Shown: positions 28,085 through 37,250 of the stretch, piece after piece
Numbering within the stretch: the first letter of the stretch is position 1
Layout: the number at the start of each line of letters is the position of its first letter
Assembly (NCBI GenBank): GCA_025351785.1
Contig: JANXVF010000080.1
Span: 44,307-108,306, forward strand
Reading direction: 5' to 3'
Source of the DNA: Flavobacterium sp.
GTDB lineage: Bacteria; Bacteroidota; Bacteroidia; Flavobacteriales; Flavobacteriaceae
DNA: 64,000 nt
Translations under genes and position numbers: made by a program
Notes under the pieces: model-generated
Databases searched by the model: none
Told to the model about the DNA's origin: nothing
Seen by the model: only the letters and a program-made list of their open reading frames with translations

Positions 28085-29215
28085 ATGAAAAAATTGCAAA
28101 TGGTTGACTTAAAAGGTCAATATGATAAAATAGCAGCTACTGTAAACGCTTCTATTCAGGACGTTTTGAACACAACAACTTATATAAATGGACCTCAAGT
28201 TCATGAATTTCAAAAAAATTTAGAACAATATTTAGATGTAAAACATGTTATTCCCTGCGCAAACGGGACAGATGCGTTACAAATTGCAATGATGGCATTA
28301 GAATTGAAGCCTGGCGACGAAGTTATCACTGCCGATTTTACCTTTGCAGCTACTGTCGAAGTTATTGCTTTATTACAACTTATACCCGTTTTAGTCGATG
28401 TTGATCTTGTGAATATGAATATTTCTATTGAGGCAATCAAAAAAGCGATTACGCCAAAAACCAAAGCAATAGTTCCCGTTCATTTATTTGGCAGAGCTGC
28501 AAATATGGAAGCAATAATGTCGATTGCAAAGCAACATAATTTGTATGTTATTGAAGATAATGCACAGGCAATTGGCGCAAATTGCAAGTTTAGCGATGGT
28601 ACTAAAAAGAAAGCAGGAACTATTGGTCATGTAGCATCTACATCATTTTTTCCGAGTAAAAACTTAGGTTGTTATGGCGATGGGGGTGCAATTTTTACAA
28701 ATGATGATGCTTTAGCTCACAAAATAAGAGGAATTGTAAATCACGGAATGTATGTGCGTTATCATCACGACGTTGTAGGTGTAAACTCCAGATTAGATAG
28801 TATACAGGCTGCGGTTTTAAATGCAAAATTGCCTTTATTAGATAGTTATGGCAAATCACGTCAAGAAGCGGCCAGAAAATATTCGAAAGCGTTTGATGGA
28901 CACAAAAACATCGTGGCTCCAATGATTTGTGATATTTGTGATTGCCATGTTTTTCATCAATATACTTTAAGAATTATTGATGCTGATCGAGATAAACTTA
29001 TGGAGCACCTGCAAAGCAAAGGAATTCCTTGTGCTATTTATTATCCGATTCCGCTACATAATCAAAAAGCATATAAAGATGATCGATATAAAGAAGAAGA
29101 TTTTCCAGTTACAAACAAATTAGTTAAAGAAGTAATTTCGTTGCCAATGCATACCGAGTTAGACGATGAACAAATTCAATTTATTACAGATTCTGTTTTA
29201 GAATTTTTTAACTAG
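28085..29215 (+). CDS. DegT/DnrJ/EryC1/StrS family PLP aminotransferase
   Basis: CANGTDAL, VPVHLFG, IEDNAQ, SFFPSKNLGCYGDGG, NSRLD. Confidence 0.93.
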   Translation: MKKLQMVDLKGQYDKIAATVNASIQDVLNTTTYINGPQVHEFQKNLEQYLDVKHVIPCANGTDALQIAMMALELKPGDEVITADFTFAATVEVIALLQLIPVLVDVDLVNMNISIEAIKKAITPKTKAIVPVHLFGRAANMEAIMSIAKQHNLYVIEDNAQAIGANCKFSDGTKKKAGTIGHVASTSFFPSKNLGCYGDGGAIFTNDDALAHKIRGIVNHGMYVRYHHDVVGVNSRLDSIQAAVLNAKLPLLDSYGKSRQEAARKYSKAFDGHKNIVAPMICDICDCHVFHQYTLRIIDADRDKLMEHLQSKGIPCAIYYPIPLHNQKAYKDDRYKEEDFPVTNKLVKEVISLPMHTELDDEQIQFITDSVLEFFN

Positions 29216-29267
29216 TCCATAAGTATTGAATTTTATTTTATTAACCAACGACTAATAACCAATATAA

Positions 29268-30281
29268 ATGAAAATAGTAGTTACAGGAGGTTTAGGTTTT
29301 ATAGGTTCGCATACAGTAGTAGAATTACAAAATGAAGGTTTTGAGGTTGTTGCTATTGATAACTTGTCTAATTCGACAGAGAAAGTCTTAGACGGAATTT
29401 TTAATATAACAGGTATAAAACCTATTTTTGAAAAGCTAGATTTACGAGATAAGTCTTCGGTTCAATTTTTTTTTAAAAAGCATAATGACGTTGATGGAGT
29501 GATTCACTTTGCCGCATCAAAGGCAGTTGGCGAGAGTGTCGAAAATCCGTTATTGTATTATGAAAATAATATTAATGCCTTGGTATATGTATTACAGGAG
29601 TTGAAATCACTTCGTAATCCAAATTTCATTTTCAGTTCATCTTGTACTGTTTATGGCCAAGCCGAAATAATGCCAATTACCGAAAATGCATCTGTTCAAC
29701 CTGCAATGTCTCCTTATGGAAACACAAAACAAATAGGAGAAGAAATAATCAAAGACGTAGCAAAAGTTACTGCTTTAAATTCAATTTTATTGCGATATTT
29801 TAATCCAATAGGAGCTCATCCAACAGCCGAAATTGGCGAACTACCCATTGGAGTTCCTCAAAACTTAGTTCCTTTTATAACACAAACAGCATTTGGACTG
29901 CGAAAAGAATTAGCAGTTTATGGAAACGATTATCCTACCTCTGATGGCACAGCTGTAAGAGATTACATTCACGTTGTAGATTTGGCAAAAGCCCACGTTA
30001 TAGCTTTAAAGAGATTATTAAATAAAAAAAACTTAGACAAGGTAGAAACATTTAATTTAGGAACTGGAAAAGGAAGTTCTGTATTAGAAGTAATTCAATC
30101 TTTTGAAAAAGTGAGTGGCAAAAAGTTACCCTATAAAATTGTTGAAAGGAGAGAAGGTGATATAACTGCCGCTTACGCCAATACTGAAAAGGCAAATACA
30201 GTTTTAGGCTGGAAGGCATTATCAACACTAGATCAAGCCATAGAAAGTGCTTGGAAATGGGAACTAAAAATAAGAAGTTAA
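29268..30281 (+). CDS. galE: UDP-glucose 4-epimerase
   Basis: GGLGFIGSH, FSSSCTVYG, YGNTK, LRYFNPIGAH, RDYIHVVDLA. Confidence 0.95.
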   Translation: MKIVVTGGLGFIGSHTVVELQNEGFEVVAIDNLSNSTEKVLDGIFNITGIKPIFEKLDLRDKSSVQFFFKKHNDVDGVIHFAASKAVGESVENPLLYYENNINALVYVLQELKSLRNPNFIFSSSCTVYGQAEIMPITENASVQPAMSPYGNTKQIGEEIIKDVAKVTALNSILLRYFNPIGAHPTAEIGELPIGVPQNLVPFITQTAFGLRKELAVYGNDYPTSDGTAVRDYIHVVDLAKAHVIALKRLLNKKNLDKVETFNLGTGKGSSVLEVIQSFEKVSGKKLPYKIVERREGDITAAYANTEKANTVLGWKALSTLDQAIESAWKWELKIRS

Positions 30282-30305
30282 CGTATAATAGATTTTAATT
30301 TTAAT

Positions 30306-30346
30306 AAAAAAGTCTTCAAAAGAATTTAATTTTTGAAGACTTTTTT
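30306..30346. terminator. Bidirectional intrinsic terminator
   Basis: AAAAAAGTCTTCAAAA-N9-TTTTGAAGACTTTTTT lies between convergent genes. Confidence 0.9.
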
Positions 30347-30349
30347 AGT

Positions 30350-30610
30350 TTATTTTTTTGCAGATTGCTTTATTTTTTCGGCACCATCTTCTATTTTTTT
30401 GGCTCCTTTTGCAATAACTGTATCTAGTTTTGATTTTACTTTGATTTTTGCAGAATCAATTTCAGATTTTGCCTTTACTTTTGCAGAATCTATCGATTGT
30501 TTTACGTCGGAAGATATTGCATCCGACGCTTCTTCAATTTTCTCTTTGGTTTCTGGTTTACAAGCTAAAAACATTGAAGCTAGTGCTAAAATTACTGATA
30601 TTTTTTTCAT
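30350..30610 (-). CDS. Small Lys/Ala-rich helical lipoprotein
   Basis: Lipobox FLAC; 11-aa repeats IDSAKVKAKSE / IDSAKIKVKSK / LDTV. Confidence 0.8.
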   Translation of the reverse strand: MKKISVILALASMFLACKPETKEKIEEASDAISSDVKQSIDSAKVKAKSEIDSAKIKVKSKLDTVIAKGAKKIEDGAEKIKQSAKK

Positions 30611-30648
30611 GGTATTTAAATTTATAATTGTTTAATTATTTAAGTGTT

Positions 30649-31326
30649 TTATTTTATTTTTAAAAGCAATTCAGGATTTGGACAATTTTTTAAATAAAAT
30701 GGAAGGTTTTTATAGCTTGAAACTCCGGGATAATCACCTTTTTTATTTTCCATATCGATAATAATTTGAAAATGTAAATGTGGTGCATAATCTCCATTTA
30801 TTGGAGGCAATCCAAGAGTACCAATTTGTTCCCCTTTGCTAATTTTATCCCCAATTTTTTTATTTTTTAAACTATCTAAACTCAAATGTCCGTAAAGTGT
30901 ATGAAAATTAAATCCATTTATATTATGTTCTAAAATTAATGTAGGACCGTAATCTCCAAAGGAATTATTATTTTGAAAACTATGAATTTTTCCTTCTAGA
31001 GCAACATATACTTGGGCTTCATGATTTATCCATAAATCTAATCCTATATGAATATTTCGTTCTTCAGCATCAAAATTATTAAAAACTGGGCTTCGTTTGT
31101 ATAGATTTCTAATTTCGTTATAACCTCCGTATGCAATTTTTGCATTATTATTATCTAAATAATTTTGAATAAAAATTTCAAAATCTGAAGCTGTATTATA
31201 ATTTTGATCTTTTAAACTTGTGTTAGTTTGAGATAAATTTATTTCAATATAATCGTCATAATCAATATTTTTTGATAAAACTTTAGCACACTCAAGAGTT
31301 TTAAATAAGTCTAAAATATCGTTCAT
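30649..31326 (-). CDS. M23 family metallopeptidase without a signal peptide
   Basis: HIGLD (HxxxD) and PHLHFQ (HxH), plus YGPTLILEH and LYGHLS. Confidence 0.88.
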   Translation of the reverse strand: MNDILDLFKTLECAKVLSKNIDYDDYIEINLSQTNTSLKDQNYNTASDFEIFIQNYLDNNNAKIAYGGYNEIRNLYKRSPVFNNFDAEERNIHIGLDLWINHEAQVYVALEGKIHSFQNNNSFGDYGPTLILEHNINGFNFHTLYGHLSLDSLKNKKIGDKISKGEQIGTLGLPPINGDYAPHLHFQIIIDMENKKGDYPGVSSYKNLPFYLKNCPNPELLLKIK

Positions 31327-32198
31327 TAAGCAGAGATTGTTTCAATATCTTTATTGATTTTATTTACTAATCCTACTAATACTTTACCAGGACCAACTTC
31401 GGTAAACGATGTAGCACCATCTGAAATCATTTGTTGAATAGATTGAGTCCATTTTACAGGTGCCGTTAACTGAATAATGAGATTTTGTTTTATTGTATCT
31501 GGATTTGTAACTGCTTGAGCTGTTACATTTTGATAAACAGGACAAATCGGATTTAAAAAAATAGTTTCTTCTATAGCTTTTGCGAGTTCCTCTCGTGCAG
31601 GTTCCATCATTGGCGAATGAAACCCACCGCCAACAGGTAATATTAAAGCTCTTTTTGCACCTGCTTCTCTCATTTTTTCACAAGCTAATTCTACAGCATC
31701 ATACGCACCAGAAATTACTAATTGTCCCGGACAATTGTAATTTGCTGCAACAACAATACCATTTATAGAAGCGCAGATTTCCTCTACAATTTTATCCTCT
31801 AAATTTAAAACAGCAGCCATTGTAGAAGGATTAATTTCGCATGCTTTTTGCATCGCTAGAGCTCGTTTTGAAACTAATTTTAATCCATCTTCAAATGATA
31901 AACTACCATTTGCAACTAATGCAGAAAACTCGCCAAGTGAGTGTCCAGCAACCATATCTGGTTTAAAATTAACGATTGTTTTTGCAAGAATTACCGAATG
32001 TAAAAAGACAGCAGGTTGTGTAACATTTGTTTGTTTTAATTCCTCTGAAGTGCCATTAAACATGATCTCAGTAATTTTAAATCCTAAAATTTCATTTGCT
32101 CTTTCAAACAATTCTTTTGCTAAGTTAGATTTTTCATTTAAATCTTTTCCCATACCGGGAAATTGTGCGCCTTGACCTGGAAATATGTAAGCCTTCAT
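31326..32198 (-). CDS. fabD: Malonyl-CoA:ACP transacylase
   Basis: FPGQGAQ, AGHSLGE, ANYNCPGQ, GGFHS, EVGPG. Confidence 0.97.
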   Translation of the reverse strand: MKAYIFPGQGAQFPGMGKDLNEKSNLAKELFERANEILGFKITEIMFNGTSEELKQTNVTQPAVFLHSVILAKTIVNFKPDMVAGHSLGEFSALVANGSLSFEDGLKLVSKRALAMQKACEINPSTMAAVLNLEDKIVEEICASINGIVVAANYNCPGQLVISGAYDAVELACEKMREAGAKRALILPVGGGFHSPMMEPAREELAKAIEETIFLNPICPVYQNVTAQAVTNPDTIKQNLIIQLTAPVKWTQSIQQMISDGATSFTEVGPGKVLVGLVNKINKDIETISA

Positions 32199-32268
32199 CT
32201 GATTTCGTTTTAGGTTTAAAATGCTAAATTAATTATAAAGTATTCATAAATTGAGAATACCGAATAAA

Positions 32269-32285
32269 CAAAAATAGTATTTTTG
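32269..32285. promoter_or_regulatory. Perfect palindrome formed by two back-to-back -7 boxes
   Basis: CAAAAATA-G-TATTTTTG between the divergent fabD and barrel genes. Confidence 0.5.
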
Positions 32286-32288
32286 AAT

Positions 32289-32313
32289 TAAACCTATCTA
32301 TAAATTTAAAGTC
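32289..32313 (+). promoter_or_regulatory. Candidate ECF-sigma promoter
   Basis: TAAACC-N15-AGTC, 20 nt before the ATG at 32334. Confidence 0.5.
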
Positions 32314-32333
32314 TTAAAATAAAAAATCATTTG

Positions 32334-32924
32334 ATGAAAAAAATTCTAGTGCTTCTTTTAATTTTATTCTCATCATTTGTAAACTCGCAAGAGATTAAAA
32401 AAAAATATAAATTCAACTTTCAACTCGATAATCGTTACTCAAGTATTAGAGGTAACAATATTATGATTTTTGGGACTAAAATAGGATTGCAATATAGAAA
32501 TTTAACCCGTTTTGGAGTTGGAGTTTCCTTTATAATCAACCCCGTTGACATATCATATACCAATAAAAAAACGCAAAAGGTAGAGGATAACAAAATCAAT
32601 TTTTGGTATGCCAGTATATTTAGTGATTGGATATTGTATAAAAACAAAAAGCTAGAATGTTTTGTGACTGAGCAAATAGGCTACGGAAAACCAAATTTTG
32701 TAAAAGAAGTTGACAACGAGGTTGTTTCAAATTTAACAGTTCCGTTGCTTTTAAATGAAATTTCTGGTCAGGCAAATTACAAAATTACATCATGGATAGG
32801 TCTTGGGGCTGGAGCTGGATATAGAAACTTATGGAACGGGAACTCAAATTTAAAGCGCACTTTTGATGCGCCTATTTATATCGTAAAAGTTATTATTTAT
32901 CCCGAAAGTTTTTTTTCAAAATAA
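32334..32924 (+). CDS. Hypothetical exported protein, probable small outer-membrane beta-barrel
   Basis: Signal peptide ending VNS-Q and alternating hydrophobic beta-strand patterns (GVGVSF, GLGAGAGYR). Confidence 0.55.
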   Translation: MKKILVLLLILFSSFVNSQEIKKKYKFNFQLDNRYSSIRGNNIMIFGTKIGLQYRNLTRFGVGVSFIINPVDISYTNKKTQKVEDNKINFWYASIFSDWILYKNKKLECFVTEQIGYGKPNFVKEVDNEVVSNLTVPLLLNEISGQANYKITSWIGLGAGAGYRNLWNGNSNLKRTFDAPIYIVKVIIYPESFFSK

Positions 32925-32937
32925 AGTTTGCTTATTT

Positions 32938-33651
32938 TTATTTCATTGGAATCTCCATAATCAAGAACTTAGAATTTGTTATAGCTTTAATTTCAATATT
33001 CAAAGTATCCCAAATTCCTATGGCATCTCTTTTTTCTAATATTTCACTATTTACTGTTATCTCTCCTTCTATATTCATGATATAAAATCCATTTCCTTCT
33101 TTTTTGAGAGAAAGTTTTTTTGAAAAATCTTTATCAAAATCGCTTAAATAAAACCAGGCATCTTGATAAATCCAAACGCCATCATCTTCTTTATTAGGAG
33201 ATAAAATTTGAGAAAAATTATTTTTTTCGAGCGATTTATTTAAAGTAATTTGTTGATATCGAGGAACAACGTTTCTAATTTTTGGAAATAACCAAATTTG
33301 AAATAATTTTGTTTGTTTATCATTATTAGGATTAAATTCGCTATGCTCGACTCCAGTTCCAGCGCTCATAACTTGAACATCGCCTGTGCGAATAGTTTCA
33401 GCATTACCCATGCTATCTTTGTGGGCTAAATCCCCTTCGAGAGGAATTGTAATGATTTCCATATTATCGTGAGGATGAGTACCAAACCCCATTCCTGCTG
33501 CAACGGTATCGTCATTTAATACTCGAAGAACTCCAAACTGTACTCTTTCGGGATTGTGCCAGCTAGCAAAACTGAAACTATGATATGCGTTTAACCAACC
33601 GTGATTTGCGTGACCTCTTGTATTTGATTTGTGTAAAACTGAATGTGCCAT
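32938..33651 (-). CDS. Pirin family protein (YhhW-like)
   Basis: FGVLRVLNDD, GFGTHPHDNMEIIT, MSAGTGVEHSE, QIW. Confidence 0.93.
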   Translation of the reverse strand: MAHSVLHKSNTRGHANHGWLNAYHSFSFASWHNPERVQFGVLRVLNDDTVAAGMGFGTHPHDNMEIITIPLEGDLAHKDSMGNAETIRTGDVQVMSAGTGVEHSEFNPNNDKQTKLFQIWLFPKIRNVVPRYQQITLNKSLEKNNFSQILSPNKEDDGVWIYQDAWFYLSDFDKDFSKKLSLKKEGNGFYIMNIEGEITVNSEILEKRDAIGIWDTLNIEIKAITNSKFLIMEIPMK

Positions 33652-33680
33652 TGTTTATAAAATTATCAGTAAGTAAAATA

Positions 33681-33688
33681 CAAAATTA
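33681..33688 (-). promoter_or_regulatory. -7 promoter box for pirin
   Basis: TAATTTTG on the minus strand. Confidence 0.6.
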
Positions 33689-33723
33689 TGACATGTAATG
33701 TGGAGTTCTATTAAAATTAACAT

Positions 33724-33755
33724 AAAAAAAACGTCCCAATAATTTGAGACGTTTT
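33724..33755 (-). terminator. Intrinsic terminator after the lipoprotein gene
   Basis: AAAACGTCCCAA...TTGAGACGTTTT with an A-run on the plus side. Confidence 0.75.
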
Positions 33756-33777
33756 AAACAAAATAAGATAATATATT

Positions 33778-34674
33778 TTAGTTACCTATTACAATATTAT
33801 ATGAGTTTCCGTTTATAGTAAATACAGCAAGATTATCACAATCTCCATTTCCATAATCTAAAGTTGCGGTATTTCCATTTCTTACAAAGGTAATAACTCC
33901 TTGAACTAAAAGTGGTTTGTTAACTGCAATACAACTCATTTTTACTAACAATGGTGTTGTAATTGTACTAGTTTGTACAGTTGTATTTGGAAAAGTGGTT
34001 GTCCAATTCCCTGTTACTTGATACACATTATCAGCTAATATGGATGGAGTAGCATATCCTTCGATTATTTCTCTTGTGCGTGTTCCTACTCGTGTAAAAA
34101 CTCTACCATCAGGGAACGTAGCCGACATATCTAATGTCATAACTACAATTGGGTGACTTGGTGAGCTAGCTGTAGCAACTGTCATAGTTCGAGTAAATGT
34201 TTTGTTACCTTCAAATTTAATTGCGTTGTGATAGAAATCTACAAATTGATAGTTAATTGTATGAGTAGTTTCATTAGGATTGTAAACAAAACTTATAATA
34301 ATTTTACCTTTTAACACATTTCCGTTTGATAGTGGGCAACCAGTTGTTCCAAAATCAATTGTTTTTGTAACTGTTGTTCCCGCAGTGATTGGAGTATTAA
34401 AAGCTGGTATTCTTGTTACAGTTGCACAAGCTGGCAAATTTTGTACTGCTGTCGAAGCATTTTCTATACTATTATTTTTCCCAGATGTACTATTATCCAT
34501 AGTTGCAGTAAACTGATCGTCAGCAATATTTGATACATCATCATTTGCTAAATCAATTTTTGAGTTTACAGAAGCTTCATCAGCTGTAAATGAATTTCCG
34601 CTATTCTCTTTTTTTGAGCACCCAACAGTCATTAGTAAAAATGCTGTTGCTACAATTAAAATTCTTGTTTTCAT
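33778..34674 (-). CDS. Uncharacterised lipoprotein, probably surface-exposed
   Basis: Lipobox TVGC followed by SKKEN; Thr-rich beta-strand domain with TIDFGTTGC and DYGNGDCD. Confidence 0.8.
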   Translation of the reverse strand: MKTRILIVATAFLLMTVGCSKKENSGNSFTADEASVNSKIDLANDDVSNIADDQFTATMDNSTSGKNNSIENASTAVQNLPACATVTRIPAFNTPITAGTTVTKTIDFGTTGCPLSNGNVLKGKIIISFVYNPNETTHTINYQFVDFYHNAIKFEGNKTFTRTMTVATASSPSHPIVVMTLDMSATFPDGRVFTRVGTRTREIIEGYATPSILADNVYQVTGNWTTTFPNTTVQTSTITTPLLVKMSCIAVNKPLLVQGVITFVRNGNTATLDYGNGDCDNLAVFTINGNSYNIVIGN

Positions 34675-34703
34675 ATTTCAAATTATTTTTTAAGTTTTCT
34701 ATT

Positions 34704-34729
34704 TGACTTGTATAACCTAAAAAGGTTTA
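34704..34729 (-). promoter_or_regulatory. Candidate ECF-sigma promoter
   Basis: TAAACC-N15-AGTC on the minus strand, about 30 nt before the lipoprotein ATG. Confidence 0.5.
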
Positions 34730-34767
34730 ATCGAATCAAAAATAATTTTTTAAATACTTTCATTTTG

Positions 34768-34775
34768 TATCTTTG
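34768..34775 (+). promoter_or_regulatory. -7 promoter box for the polyprenyl synthetase
   Basis: TATCTTTG ends 9 nt before the ATG. Confidence 0.65.
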
Positions 34776-34783
34776 GAAACCAA

Positions 34784-35761
34784 ATGAATATTACTTCACA
34801 AATAAAGTCTCCCATTTTAAAGGACATGGAACTTTTCGAAAGAAAGTTTTATGAATCAATGACTTCCAAGGTTGCATTACTCAACCGAATTACATATTAT
34901 ATAGTAAACAGAAAGGGCAAACAAATGAGACCTATGTTTGTTTTTTTGGTCGCAAAAATGTTGAATAATGGTAGATTAAACGAACGAACTTTTCGTGGAG
35001 CAAGTGTTATCGAATTAATTCATACGGCAACTTTAGTGCATGATGATGTAGTTGATGACAGCAACAGAAGACGTGGTTTTTTTTCAATTAATGCATTATG
35101 GAAAAATAAAATTGCGGTTTTGGTTGGCGATTATTTACTTTCAAAAGGGTTGTTATTATCAATAGATAATGGTGATTTTGATTTGTTAAAAATAATTTCA
35201 GTAGCCGTAAGAGAAATGAGCGAGGGTGAATTGCTACAAATAGAAAAAGCAAGACGACTCGATATTACCGAAGAGATTTATTATGAAATTATTCGTCAAA
35301 AAACAGCAACTCTAATTGCTGCTTGTTGTGCTTTAGGAGCAAAATCAGTTTCTGATGACGAAATTCTTGTTGAAAAAATGAGAAAATTTGGCGAACTCAT
35401 AGGCATGGCTTTTCAAATAAAAGATGATTTATTTGATTATACAGACGAAGCCATTGGTAAACCAACAGGAATAGATATTAAAGAACAAAAAATGACTCTA
35501 CCTTTAATATATGCTTTAAATAATTGTTCTGACAAAGAAAAAAGTTGGTGCATAAACTCGATTAAAAATCATAATAAAGATAAAAAACGAGTAAAAGAAG
35601 TAATTCAATTTGTAAAAGATAAAAACGGATTGCGTTATGCAGAGCAAAAAATGGTGCAATTTCAACAACAAGCACTCGATTTACTTCACGATTTTCCAAA
35701 ATCTGATTACAAAGAAAGCCTTACTTTAATGGTTAATTATGTAATCGAAAGGAAGAAGTAG
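34784..35761 (+). CDS. Polyprenyl diphosphate synthase (IspB-like)
   Basis: GKQMRP, first Asp-rich motif HDDVVD...RRG, second motif FQIKDD, GKPTGID. Confidence 0.93.
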   Translation: MNITSQIKSPILKDMELFERKFYESMTSKVALLNRITYYIVNRKGKQMRPMFVFLVAKMLNNGRLNERTFRGASVIELIHTATLVHDDVVDDSNRRRGFFSINALWKNKIAVLVGDYLLSKGLLLSIDNGDFDLLKIISVAVREMSEGELLQIEKARRLDITEEIYYEIIRQKTATLIAACCALGAKSVSDDEILVEKMRKFGELIGMAFQIKDDLFDYTDEAIGKPTGIDIKEQKMTLPLIYALNNCSDKEKSWCINSIKNHNKDKKRVKEVIQFVKDKNGLRYAEQKMVQFQQQALDLLHDFPKSDYKESLTLMVNYVIERKK

Positions 35762-35903
35762 TTTTTCACTCCCAGCCTACAACCTTTAGTCATCAGTTTT
35801 AAATAATTTGACTTTCCAGAAAAAAATAAACTGCAAAAAAATAATTTTTAAAATCCTCATTTATAGAATTTTAATTATTAATTTATTATTTTTAATATAT
35901 TCA

Positions 35904-35932
35904 TGCAACCTTTTTACAACTATAATCGTCTA
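35904..35932 (+). promoter_or_regulatory. Candidate autoregulatory ECF promoter
   Basis: TGCAACC-N16-CGTCTA about 50 nt upstream of the ECF gene; AAC/CGTC is the usual ECF -35/-10 pattern. Confidence 0.6.
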
Positions 35933-35980
35933 TGCAAATAGAAGATTTATGGATCAATCAAAAACTAGTTTCAAAATAAA

Positions 35981-36541
35981 ATGAAGGTTATCAATTTACA
36001 TAACGAAGAAAAAGAATTAATTGAATTTGCAATTAACAACAATCGTTATGCACAACAAAAATTGTATACTCGATTTTCACCAAAAATGCTAAGTATTTGT
36101 AGACAGTATTTAAAAGATGTACAACAAGCAGAAGATGTCATGATAACTGCATTTATGAAAGTTTTTATAAATCTTAAAAATTTTGAATTCAACGGAAGTT
36201 TTGAAGGGTGGATTAGACGAATTATGATAAATGAATGTATCTCATTTATCAGAGTTCAAAAAAAAGTAATTTTTATAGAGGATGAAAATTACTTTGAAGA
36301 AAGTTTGAATACTAATGAAAGTCAGTTTTCTGTTGATGATATTCAATTTTTGATAGACAATTTGCCCGATGGCTACAAAATGGTTTTCAATTTATACGCA
36401 ATCGAAGGATACAAGCACCAAGAAATTGCCAACATACTTAATATAAACGAAGGCACATCAAAGTCGCAGTTGTCACATGCCAGAAAAATGTTGCAAAGTC
36501 AAATTAACAAGTTAAAAAATTACGATAATGGAACCCAATAA
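35981..36541 (+). CDS. ECF RNA polymerase sigma factor
   Basis: Region 2 AEDVMITAFMKVF...FEGWIRRI; region 4 LPDGYKMVFNLYAIEGYKHQEIA...GTSKSQLSHAR. Confidence 0.95.
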   Translation: MKVINLHNEEKELIEFAINNNRYAQQKLYTRFSPKMLSICRQYLKDVQQAEDVMITAFMKVFINLKNFEFNGSFEGWIRRIMINECISFIRVQKKVIFIEDENYFEESLNTNESQFSVDDIQFLIDNLPDGYKMVFNLYAIEGYKHQEIANILNINEGTSKSQLSHARKMLQSQINKLKNYDNGTQ

Positions 36542-37223
36542 ATTAGAAAATCAAATCCGAGAAAAACTTAATTCTCGTGAAATTAAGCCAACTCAAATGG
36601 CTTGGGACAGACTAGATGCTATGTTGACCGTTTCTGAGAAAAAAAAGTCAAAAATTGGCTTTGGCTGGTTGTTTATTGCGGCAAGTTTAGTAGTTATAAT
36701 AACAATTGCAAGCTTTCATTTTAATACAAATGCAACACCAATAAAATCTGATATAACTGTTGTAAGCACTAAAAATAATACAGATACCATTCAAAACATT
36801 AACATAGAAAAATCTAATATTATAACACCAACTAGAACCAATGACAAGATAGTTTTGACAAACCATAAATTTAATCAAAACATGGTAAACAAAAAGTCTT
36901 TTAAAGTAAATTCAATCATCAATCAAAATCAAGAAGTTATTGCATCTGTACTCACAAAAAAACAACCTGATGTTGAAATTCAAAAAGAGCAAAAATCAAT
37001 AAATATAAATCCTGATGCATTATTGTCTGAGGGAAATCAATCAAATTTAAATCAAGACCAGGTTTTGTTAACCCCAAAATCAACAATAAAAGTTGATGCA
37101 AATAGTTTGTTATCGCAAGTTAGTAACGAAATAAATCAAAACTATCGTGAATCGAAATTTGAAAAACTAAAAAGAAATTTTAAAACCGTAAAAGTTGCTG
37201 TAATCAACAGAAACAATCAATAA
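36528..37223 (+). CDS. Putative single-pass anti-sigma factor
   Basis: Overlaps the sigma gene by 14 nt. Short cytoplasmic N-domain (IKPTQMAWDRL), one TM helix, then a polar periplasmic tail. Confidence 0.75.
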   Translation: MEPNKLENQIREKLNSREIKPTQMAWDRLDAMLTVSEKKKSKIGFGWLFIAASLVVIITIASFHFNTNATPIKSDITVVSTKNNTDTIQNINIEKSNIITPTRTNDKIVLTNHKFNQNMVNKKSFKVNSIINQNQEVIASVLTKKQPDVEIQKEQKSININPDALLSEGNQSNLNQDQVLLTPKSTIKVDANSLLSQVSNEINQNYRESKFEKLKRNFKTVKVAVINRNNQ

Positions 37224-37250
37224 ATCAATACATCACTAAAACCAATTATT

